This document shows, one piece after another, positions 45,734-57,696 of a DNA stretch of 64,000 bases (within the stretch, counting starts at the first letter, position 1; every line of letters begins with the position of its first letter). The notes below the pieces were generated by a model that was not told where the DNA came from, searched no databases, and was given only the letters and a program-made list of their open reading frames with translations. The DNA comes from the human T2T-CHM13v2.0 reference genome, Homo sapiens: NCBI RefSeq assembly GCF_009914755.1, contig NC_060934.1; one strand, given 5' to 3'. A program made the position numbers and the translations under genes.

Positions 45734-46153
45734 CCATGCTGGCTCAGGATAAACTATAGCCATATTGCCTAGAGCAGAAGAACCTTTTGGCTGAGCCCTG
45801 TCAATACACATAATCATAAAAAATAATAAATCACTGTTTAAACCACTAAGTTTTGGAGCAGTTTGTTATGCAGCTAGAGATGACTGACATACTGTCCCTA
45901 GTTATGGCTACCATCATTCTTAGACATGGTTGGGGTCCTGACCATGCTGGCTCAGGATAGACTATAGCCATACTACCTGAAGCAGAAGAACCTTTTAGCT
46001 GAGCCCTGTCAATACACAGAATCATAAGAAATAATAAATCATTGTTTAAATCACTAAGTTTTGGAGCAGTTTGTTATGCAGCTATAGATGACTGATATAT
46101 TGTCCCTAGTTATGGCTACCATCATTCCTAGACATGGTTGGAGTCCTGACCAT
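45734..46153. repeat. 208-bp tandem duplication covering the 3' end of an MLT1 LTR plus flank
   Basis: Two copies start at 45734 and 45942 with ~15 mismatches by eye; CCAT at all three junctions. Confidence 0.95.
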
Positions 46154-47525
46154 TCAGAAGCACCTACATGCTCTTGTATATGCATCTCAACCAAAGTAGA
46201 TTACATACATAGAGCTTAGCACACTTCCCTTTCTGCCAACGCACACAAACACTCATACACACACACAGGGAATGGCTTGGAGCCAACTCATGTGTACCTT
46301 GAGGCAGCCCTGGTAACCCACAGCATTTGCACTCCCCTACATATGCCTGCTTGACTGTGTGTGCAGAAATGTGCACGATCTTCTGTGTCGCAAAACACAA
46401 GAGCAGAAAAGGCATGTACACACCCCAAAATCTTACATTGATGGCAGATGGGAGTCACACACACACGCGTGAACATGGTCACTCACGGCCTGAAACCATA
46501 AGCACCCAAAGGTGCAGAAAACAGGAGAGTGAAGAAGCCCTCAGTCCTTTTCCTCTGCACTCCACATTTCAGCCTTGGTGAACCACTTGGCTTCCCCAAA
46601 GCACTATGCACTTTCTCACCTACAGGCCTTTGCACAGGTAGGTTCCCCTGTTTGGCATGCCTTCCCTATACCCCATTCACCTGGCCACTCTACTCACCCT
46701 TCAGGTCTTATGTCCCAAGCCTAGTAGGGGCTACTCTTCTACGCTCCCACTATTTCCTGCATGGTAGTGCTTCTCAGGGTTGGCCCTCACCACCAGCCTT
46801 GTCTCATTTACGATTGTGTCTCCAACACCAGCACAGAGCCTGGCACTAGACAGCACTCCGTAAATACTTGTTGAATGAATGGATTTTTGAGCTGGGAAGG
46901 CCCTTAGCCATTCCACTTCTCCTTTCCTCCCTTGCCCATCAATCTCTACATGTTATATAAGAAGAAGTAGATGAGTAGATGCACACCTTAGGTAACAGAG
47001 CTAGGAGAGAGCCAGAGCTAGAATCCATCCATTCATTCCATCATTCGCTCACTCATTCCTTCACTCCACCATTCCTTGGGCATCTATGCTGTGCTGAATG
47101 CTGAGGATATGGGGATGAGTACAGTCATCCCTGCCCCCTGGGAACTCACAGCTCAGGAGGGGACAGATGCAAGTCACAGTCACATGTGGCTTATGCTACA
47201 GAAGACAGACCCAGAATAACAGCGGCTCAAATGAACTCAATTATTTCTCATTTATGTGAAAGTCTAGGCTTGTTTGGCAACTTGACTCCACGAAGCCGTC
47301 AGGGGCCCAGGTACCCTTCTGTCTTGTTGCTTGATGCAGGAGTCAGAAGCAGAGCTAGAAAACTGAGTGTCATGCCAGGGATCATAAAGCCTGGGACAGA
47401 AGTAAGAAACAGAAAGTCTGGAGCTCCTTGGGGAGGCTCTGGCAGGTCCCCGTCCACACCTCCGTGGTTTTGCCTGTTCTAGCTACGATATGGGAAAGTT
47501 GGGTTTGTTTAAAGACCTAGGCTTG

Positions 47526-47928
<403 letters not shown>

Positions 47929-48334
47929 TCAAGTGAGTGAGGGAAGGGAGGGCAGGGGAGAAAGCAAACATCCCGGCTGAGCACAGGGTGATGCCATACC
48001 TGGCACCGAGGGAACAAAGGGCAGGGAGGGTGTGAGGAAGCTGAGTGTGAGGTGGAGGGGAGGGGTGTTCCAAGAGCTACCACGAGCAAGCTGTGCGTGG
48101 GACATGAACTGTGTGTTTGAGTGGGAGAGTTGTCCACAGAGAGATAGAAACTGGAGCCTACGATGGACAAGTTCTCCCAAGGCGAGCGCTCAGTCCAGTC
48201 TCTTCCCTGGATGGACCTCCCAATCCCTTGGGAAGTTTTTAGAAGCAGACAGGAACCTGGACTTCCCTGCCATCTCTTCCTACCAACCACAAAGAGATTC
48301 TGACTCAGAAAGGTAGCCTGAGGCCCTATATGTG

Positions 48335-48830
48335 ACTGGGCTCTTACACTTACAAGAAAGGAAACCCAACTCAAACTGGCTGGAACTGAAAGGACTCCTG
48401 TCACCGGGCTTCTGGCACAATTTGATTGAAGGGTTTCGGTGATGTCTTCAGGACTCAGTCACTCTCCACCTCTGTTTGCCTCCGTGTTGGCTTCATCCTC
48501 ATTTATCAACAGTGGCAAGACACCTGCGGCAGCTCCAGCTCATCCCTTTAGAAAGCCCTTCCAAGGAAATAGCTGTAGCTCCCAGTCACTCCAGCCCAAC
48601 TCTCACTGGCCTGAACTGGGCCACATGTCCTCTCTGACCTAGTCACAGTAGCCAGGGGAGATGAGAGAGGACAACTGGTGAGGTTACTTCCTATTCATAT
48701 GCCAGGTATGGAGTTAACTCCACCAGAGCCATATGTCCTGGGGAGAAGAAAGTTCCCCAAAGGAAATTGAGTCACAGTTACTAGGAATAGGGGGACTAGG
48801 CTCAGGGCAAATAAAATGACAGGTGTTGGC
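48335..48830 (-). mobile_element. MLT1-type LTR (old)
   Basis: ggaaacccaactcaaactggct...tctcactggcctgaactgggccacatgtcc. Confidence 0.6.
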
Positions 48831-48853
48831 TCCCCTGTGGCCTCTACAGGGGA

Positions 48854-48906
48854 CCTGGAGCAGGTCCTGGCCATGGAAGCTTTCCATGGGGAAGAAATGG
48901 GAGAGG
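48854..48906 (+). repeat. 53-bp dispersed direct repeat, copy 1
   Basis: CCTGGAGCAGGTCCTGGCCATGGAAGCTTTCCATGGGGAAGAAATGGGAGAGG; the second copy is at 53811-53879. Confidence 0.92.
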
Positions 48907-51456
48907 CAGGTCAAGAGCCATGGGCAGAAGAGCCAAGTAGAGGACAGAGGACCTGCAGCCTTCTGGAGGAGGGCTGACCTTCGCTTTTGTCATGGGGAGC
49001 AGAAGCTGAGTCTTTGGGGAAGCCTGAAAAGCTGGTGGGAGAGGCAGTGGAAGAGGCAGTGGGAGACAGCACAGTGGGGCCTCAGAGATGCCACGCTGGT
49101 AGTTTTGGTTTCAGGAAGGATTTTGATGCTGTCAAAGACACAGTGGAGGAAGAGAAGTGGGGTTTGCTCAATAAAAACGGGCTGGGAGCAAATGACAGGA
49201 TTTTAAGGTGTAGAAAACAGGAGAGAGAAGGGTGGCCTTCCTGGCAGAGGGTCTAGCAGGAGCAAAAAAGTGGAAAAACACAGAAAAGACTTGAAGAACA
49301 GTAGAGGCTGTATGCCTGGGGCATTTTTTCTTCATTTTTGTCTAGGTGTGTAACCAAGACCACAGTTTAAAATCAAAGTCTTTGGGTTAGCATTGGAGGC
49401 CCTCTTTCTTCTTACTGCAAACAAGAAAATCTATTTCCTGGTGTTTTTCTTGAGGCATCTGAATCCCCCCCCTTTCTTCTGGGAGCCCTGAAGCACCTTT
49501 TGTGGTCTTTACATGTTTTGTGGATTTTCACTATTCTGCCTTTTGTGGCGGTTTTATGTGAACATGACTTGTCTTCCTTAATCAACTGTTTTTAAAGCTC
49601 CTGGAAGGCACTCTTTTCACCTCAGTGTCCCCAGGTCCTGGCCCCCACCTATGAAGAAAGAAGGGTTCAAGATAAGCCACATGAGGCTGTAACTTGTGCC
49701 TGGGGTAGACAATGCTCTACCTGAAAGAAAAATCTCCCAGGGCAAGAATTCTAAGCAGTGTGGGAAGAAGAAGAGGGATACCTGGGGATCAGGCCCCTCA
49801 ACACAAGCTAACTCCTGCTGCTCACAAGCTGCTACTCTCAGCTGTCAGGTAGGGAAAAAATGGAGGTTAACTGTGATCCATTTGCTTTCTCTGGGATGGA
49901 AACTTCTTCCTGTTTCACAACTGGGAGCCCAGAGCTAGCTGTGTCTGAGATGGCCCTAGCAGCCATGAATTCCAAAGAAGGAGCCGATGCCCTTTATTGA
50001 GTGCCTGCCCTGTGCCAGCACTGTGTTCACTGCTTTACATACATTACCTCATTCAGTCCTTCCAGACGGGTAGATACTTTTATTATCAGCCCATCTTACA
50101 AATGAGAAAACTGAGCCTCCGAGATGTTCAGCAGCTTCCACATTGACAAAAGGGAGATTTACATCCAGGTTTCTCTGACTCCAGAGTCACCCTGGAAGCT
50201 CCAGGGTTTGCAATGCTGGGGCCAGGTCAGGCTAGCGCAACACCCTCCTCTTTCAGTTCCCAATCACAAGGATGCTCCAGCTCCAAACTGTTTAGATTTC
50301 ACTGCCTGAGCATTCCTGAGGGCCTCCAAAGTCCTGAAAGGGAAAAGATCAGTTTGCAGAATAAGGAGGGAATGAAACTAACTCCCCACCTCAGTTCCTC
50401 CATTCAGACTAGCCTGGGAGGGGAGTGGGGGAAGTCCAAAGTCCCTGAATTTCCTGGCCTGTACCTCCCAGTGTAGAAACTCTCCAACGCCCCCTGGTGT
50501 TCTTCAATACCATCCAAGTCTCCCAAGGATTCATTCCTCTGTAGAGTGGACTGGGACATCCCATCACAGGGATGGAGAAAACAGAGTGCCCTTGCCACTG
50601 AAGCCATCAGGAGAATCCTAGAACTGGAACTGGAACCCAGAGCTCCTGGCCACGGGCTCTTTCAGCAGCATCGCCTTCTATTCCTGTTGTCCTCCATAGT
50701 GGCTGACTGGCCCAGCAGTCAATGTTACCTTTATTACATATGATCTAAGTACTTACTATGTTACAAGTCCAATATGCACTATTAAGTGTGCCACACTTTA
50801 TTAGAAGCGCAGTGACACTGTATTATATATCAAGTTCCATCAGGTCAATATAGAAAATGGGAAGTTTGTACTGGCATGCCTTGTTATTTTGAAATGGAAT
50901 CCCAGCACCACTGCTGCCCCCACCTCCACTGCATATTTGAAAACCCAGTCTACTCTCCTCTGCCCGCTGTTCCAGGAAGACAGGCTTTCTCCCAAAAACT
51001 CAGTCCCACCACCTCATTCACAGGAATGTCAACAGGCACAAGGAGATAAAGTCTCTTGGGATACAAATGCTACTTAATGTGGGGGGTGGAGGAGGTGACA
51101 AGAGAAGAGAGAAAACTACCAAATGCCCTTCAGGCCACCAGTTTTTCTCTAGTGGAATATAGGAAATGACAACAGGAGAGAGCCTGGTTAGCCCTAAGCC
51201 TCCCGCAGGGATGGAACCTGAGTTTGTGTAGGAATTGCTCACCTTTGATGACTGGGATGATTGAGGCAGGCTGGTCTCACCACACAGGGATAGATGGCAT
51301 GGGTCTCAGATTAATGGCAGGCAAGAAGGGGAGATGTCAGGACTGGCAGGCGGCCCCAATGAGCCACCTCTCAGATACCTGGAATAAGATCTCCTCAGTT
51401 TTCAGTGTCTCATACTACCTCAGGTCTTGGTCCTGAGAGAAAGGGCTGCCAGCTCT

Positions 51457-51473
51457 GCTGCCCCCTGGAGGGC
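51457..51473 (-). promoter_or_regulatory. Candidate CTCF site
   Basis: The minus strand reads GCCCTCCAGGGGGCAGC, a close match to the CTCF core CCASYAGRKGGCRS. Confidence 0.55.
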
Positions 51474-51865
51474 TGACTTTTCACCCCAGAGTAAAGATGT
51501 GGTTGGCCGCCCGGCACTGGAGGAGCTGCAGATCTCAGGAGGTACAGAGCCCCCGGGGAGTCGGTTGTCGGGGGAGAAGGAAGGGGAAAGAGGTTGGGGG
51601 CTTGGGAGTAGAGGAGCGGTGGCTGAAGGGATCAGGTAGTCCTGATCAGGACGTGGAGATCCACCCACAAGCCCTGACAATAACTCAGTCGAGTTCCTGG
51701 AGGGTCTCAAGGGCTGGGAAAGGTGGAGTGGTGCCTGCCCCAACGCGTCCATGGAAGGTGGTGCCCGCCTCACCGCCTCCGTGGAAGGCCAAACGAGCCC
51801 TCGGTGTGAATCCGGAGAAAGAGAGGGAAGTGCAGCGCCAGCTCCACTCCACACCCCCTTCCTGC

Positions 51866-51875
51866 CTATAAATAA
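51866..51875 (+). promoter_or_regulatory. MEF2 consensus site, also TATA-like
   Basis: CTATAAATAA fits YTA(W)4TAR. Confidence 0.5.
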
Positions 51876-52407
51876 CCCCAAGTGTCACTTCAAAGAGGAC
51901 GGGGAGCGCGGCAGAGGGGCTCCCGGGCCGGCGGGCTGGGGCCGCCGGACCTGCTCACCACGCCCCCCACCCTGGGCGAGTTTGCATAAATAAACAAATC
52001 CAAGCCGTCGGCCCCGCGGGAGGTGGAGGAGGAGTGACGAGGAGGAGGAGGAGGAGGGAGGGGGGAGGGAGAGATTAGTTTGGGAAGTAGCACGGATTGC
52101 TCATCCGATCCGTGCCGCCGCAGGGAGTGTGTCAAGTTACAGAGGCGCCGGAATCGGCCCCTGCGCTCCTCGCCAGCCGCCACGACCCACCTCTGCCCAT
52201 GGGGCCCTCCATGTGCGCCCCTTCGCCCGGGGACTGAAACTGACTGGCCCGGGAGACACGAGGCGCCCAGAAGGACTGACAGCGCGGCACCAACTGCTCT
52301 GCAGACACTTGAAGGGAAAGACTGGGCGGAGAGAAGGAGAGCCGGTCAGATTCCCCTAACTTTCCTGGACTTGGAACGTTCTTCGAAATAACTTTTTTCT
52401 CACCTAG

Positions 52408-53109
<702 letters not shown>

Positions 53110-53810
53110 TGACCCAGCGACTCCCGCCTCGGGCAAGCGCCCCCGGCTTCCAGCGCTGGGAGCGCCCTGGGCACGCCGGGCAGGTGGAGGAAGGCTGGGC
53201 GCGCGGAGGCTCGCGGAGGCGGGCAAGCTCCACTCCTCCCTTTCGGGACCCGGCCAGGGTGGTGTGACAGCCGCCCCGCGCCCGCGCAGCGGCAAGCGCG
53301 CCCAGAGGCCCAGGCCGAGGCTTACTGAGCCCCCATGGCCCTCCCCCTCCACCCCTTAAGGACCCGGGGGGTGCGGGGAGAGGGGACAGTTCTTGCAGGG
53401 GGTGGTGCCCTGGTCTCTGCTCACTGGCCCAGGCCGCTAGGGTCCAAGTGTGGGTCGCCTGGCTCTGCTGTCCTTGGCCACAAATTAGTCCACACCTTCT
53501 TTTTCCTAAACCAGGTTTCTTATTTTTCTGGAGAAAGGATGCTTTCTTCCATTCTCCAAATTTTTTTGATCCAAGTAGATTAAACACTACTAGCGTGTCA
53601 GGTAGCTATGGCAATCTTCGGAATACAGGAAAAGGCTGTCCCCTCCCCAGGAAGGAGGGACATGCAGCCTCTTTGTGCCACCAGAGGAAAGGCTGGGCCT
53701 TGACAGGGTGAGGCTTGATGATCTGTGGGAATCTGGACAGCACAGGGGATTCAGGGCCCAGATAGAGAGGAGGACAGGCAGGTGGGGGCCGCAGCAGTCT
53801 GGGAAGAGGT

Positions 53811-53879
53811 CCTGGAGCAGGTCCTGGCCATGGAAGGTCCTGGCCATGGAAGGTTTCCATGGGGAAGAAATGGGAGAGG
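53811..53879 (+). repeat. 53-bp dispersed direct repeat, copy 2, with an internal 16-bp tandem duplication
   Basis: Same as copy 1 except one C/G substitution and an extra GTCCTGGCCATGGAAG. Confidence 0.92.
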
Positions 53880-54867
53880 ATATCTTACTTAGCTGGAGGG
53901 AGTGTGCAGCAGTAAAGATCACGGTGGTAGAGGCCAGCAACCCTGGGTTTTTATCCCCACTCTGCTACTTGGAAGCTTGGGACAAACGCTCCAACCCCTC
54001 TGAACATGCGAAACAGTGCTGATGTAGCAAACACTGGAGCACAGCTCTAACTGTGGTGGGTGGGGTGCTGTGAGCATTTTGGCAAGATGTACCTATTCCC
54101 TATAGCCAGGCTCTTCTCAGCTGCCCCTGCCAGGCTGGCACCTGCTGGAGCAGTTCTCCAGGGTGGCCAAGGAGGAGATTGCAGGGCCAGAGCAGAGACA
54201 GCGGTCACAGGGCAAGCGTACTGGTGCTAGTGGTGCACCCATGACTGCTGCTGTCAGCTCATTCCCACGCCCTGCCAGGCTCCAGGGAATCCGGAGAACT
54301 CCATCGGGCCGTCCATGGTTCCCTGGGCCTGGGGTGGAGGTGCGGCATCTCTGGGCTCAGGCAGAATGAGCCCAGACTGGCTGGGTGGTGAAGAAGGTGT
54401 CAGGGCAGTGAGAGCTCCTCCAGGTATCTCGGGGGTCCTGGCTGCTGAGGGATAAGCATCTGATTTTCAGGGTTTAGCACAGCCCCTCTCTCCATGCTTT
54501 CCCCTTCCCAGACCTTCCTGCTGGCCTGACCATGCCCTGGCCTTTTCTAGCTTCTTGCTTCCACTGCTTCAGACTTAGACATGCCAAGTCGCATACTCTA
54601 GGGGCCTTGGGGCTAACTATTGTATCCGACATGCTCACTCCTTCCCTCCAAGCTGCAGCTCCATATTTACCCTACTGAATACAATCTTTTCAACTGCTAG
54701 ATATGAAAGTTATCCCAGAGAGCATCTGAACTGAACCCCATTTTTCAGATGGGGAAGTTGAGCCCAGAGTCACATGGCGAGGCCCAGGACTAGAACCTCA
54801 GCCTCCTGGCCCTGTATACAATGTTCTTTGCGCTGTATCCTGCCACCTTTTTTTTTTTTTGGCCTAT

Positions 54868-55560
54868 TCTCATTCATTCATTCAGAAAATGTTTACTGAG
54901 AGCCTGCTGCGGGTCAGGCATTGTGGGAGACACTTTTGCCTTCCTAAACTTACATACAGGGAAGTAGTGCACAAAGAAGAAAATGGGCAGTGACCATGTC
55001 GTGTGCAAAAAAAAAAAAAAAAAGCTACAATAGTGAAAAAAGAGAGGGGCCTGGGGAATGCATTACATGCAACATTGTCTGATGGTGGTGGCAGTCATGG
55101 CAGGCTTCCTTAGGGAAATGATTTTCAAATGAAGAGCTGAAGGATGAATAGGAGTTTGCCAGGCAAAAGCGGGCGAGTGTGAAGCCTTGTTCTAAGGGGA
55201 CAAACGGAACAGCCTTTGAGGCTGGGGGCCAGAGGGAATTGGGAGAACTGGGGGAAGTCCAGGACCCCGGAGGACTGGGAGTGTGAGGAAGTAGGAGATG
55301 TGGCTGGAGAGAGACGGGCAGCCCAGGTCAAGAGGGGCCTTAGAGAAAGTTAGATCTAAATAAGAGTAATGGGGAGCCATTGAAGGGTTTTCAGGAAGGC
55401 AGTTATGCCCCTAGAGTGAGTGCTTACGGCTGGCAAAGCAGTAAGGCCAAAAACAGAAGGCTGCTGCAGGCCAGAGGGGACAATGAATGGGGGTAAAAGT
55501 AGGGTCAGAGAGGGGTGACTGGAAATGGTGGCTGAGGTCAATAGGGGAAGATGCTGGAGC
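54868..55560 (-). mobile_element. L2 fragment
   Basis: cattcattcattcagaaaatgtttactgag end; gaaggatgaataggagtttgccagg; aatggggagccattgaagggtttt. Confidence 0.75.
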
Positions 55561-55649
55561 CAGAGGAAGGGAGCTGTCCCACAGGTGGATGGCGTGAGTG
55601 GCCTTATCTGTGGGGGCCTTGTCTGTGCTCCTGGAGGGACACCCTAGGG

Positions 55650-55857
55650 TTGGGCTGTCCAATACAGTAACTGCTAGTCATATGCAACTCATTATATTTA
55701 AACTAACTAAAATTAAATAAAATTTAAATTTTAGCTTGTCTGTTGCAACAGCCTGGTTTCAAGTGCTCAGTGGACACTGCAGCTAGGGACTATGGAGCTG
55801 GACAGTAGAGAGAAAGAACTTGTACATCCTCGCAGAAAGTTCTATTGGCCAGCGCTG
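55650..55857 (-). mobile_element. MER3 (hAT-Charlie)
   Basis: gctgtccaatac...AT-rich core...gcagaaagttctattggccagcgctg. Confidence 0.8.
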
Positions 55858-56889
55858 TGCTACGAGCAGCTTCCGGGCCTCCAAAGCAACTTGAGGGGAC
55901 CATCCTGGGCCTTTCCCTGTGTAGGTGTGTTCTCCCAGGTCTGAGCAAAGGTCTGAGCAAAGGGCAGAGGAGAGCAATGGGTAAGGCAGAAAATTGGGAC
56001 AGGCAAAAACCTGCCACAGGACAGGAGAATTCAGAGACAAGAGAGGGGAAATGGTTTTGTTACAAAACAATTCTCCAAAATGGAGGTGCAGAAGGTCCCT
56101 GTCCTCATGGGGCACACACAGGCATCTGGTGAGTTTGGAGGCCAAGACCAGGATTCTAGCTGGGCTTTGCCAGTCTTGTGGCCTTAGGCAAGCCATGCTA
56201 CACCCCTGCACTTCAGGTTCATCTTCCATTAAATCTAGGCCCTGCCTCCCTCCTGGGATTGGAGGCAGATCGGAGACTTCACTAAAAGGTGCCATCACCA
56301 AAGGCCATGCACAAGACCAGATGAGTGCTCAGGGAGGGCTCTTAGGGATCTGGGGCAGGCAATCTTTGCAGCAGGCAGGACTGGGCCACTTCCTGAAGAA
56401 TGGGAGAAGGACACTGGGGAGGGCAAGCCTGGTGAGGCACACGGCCTGTGCAATGGCCTGGGGGTGGGACTCCCATGCCAATGGAGAAAGCAGGTGAGGG
56501 GGCAGAGACTGCGTGTATGAGGCAGAAGGGAGAGGGAGCTGCAGGGAGGGCCGGCCAAGGGGACCCAGGAGGACAGGAGGCCTGAGAGGGGAGCCAGAGG
56601 CAGATCTGAGGGGACCAGCCCATGACGGGGGTTGTGCAGAGCCGGGATTGGAGGATGGCGGGAGCCAGCTCTGTGGGGAACCAGGAGTGTGCTTTCCAGA
56701 CCTCAGGCCCCAGCTCTTCCCCCATCAGCGCCTCTCTCCTGGTCTGGGACCCTTAACGAGCACTCCAGCTGCCTGTTATTTGATTTGCTTGCTGTGAAGA
56801 AAGAAGCTGGAATGTCCCAAATGGAGAAAATCAGATGACACCTAGGACTGGGCAGCCGTGTGCAGTGAATGAGAAGGGAGTGGAATTTA

Positions 56890-57206
<317 letters not shown>

Positions 57207-57649
57207 AAAGAGCCAAGTCCATCTTCTAGGCCCAAGGGGAAGCAGAGGAGGGTCTCAGCAGCCACCTTTAAGGTGAGTTTTGAGAGATGCCAGGTAGACT
57301 CCCTAACCCCAGTAATAACATCAGAAACTGTAATAGAAATGTCCTGTAGTTATAGGGTGCATACAGGGGCCAATGCTATGCGTGTCACCACTATATCTCT
57401 TTCAATCCTCACAACTTCCCTAAGGGACTGACATTGACACCACCCCCTTTTACAGATGAGAAGACTGATGTCACTGTACCTCCCTCCCACTATCTGTGAT
57501 TCATTCCTTTGGATGTTAAGGAATCTCCTGGGAGAGGAAGTGGTTGAAACTTCCAAGCTAAAATGTTAAGGAACCCCAGGCAGACTCCTTCATCCCTAAA
57601 AATAACAACAATTATAATAACATGTCTCATGTTTATACGGTGTGTGATT

Positions 57650-57696
57650 TTGGTGCAAAAGTAATTTCAGTTTTTGCCATTGAAAGTAATGGCAAA
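57650..57696. mobile_element. Partial MADE1 (Hsmar1-derived MITE)
   Basis: TTGGTGCAAAAGTAATTTCAGTTTTTGCCATTGAAAGTAATGGCAAA. Confidence 0.85.

Noticed and set aside
51867-51874. TATAAATA as the definitive TATA box
   Set aside because: The TSS cannot be placed from sequence, and the motif fits MEF2 equally well; it is reported only as a candidate.
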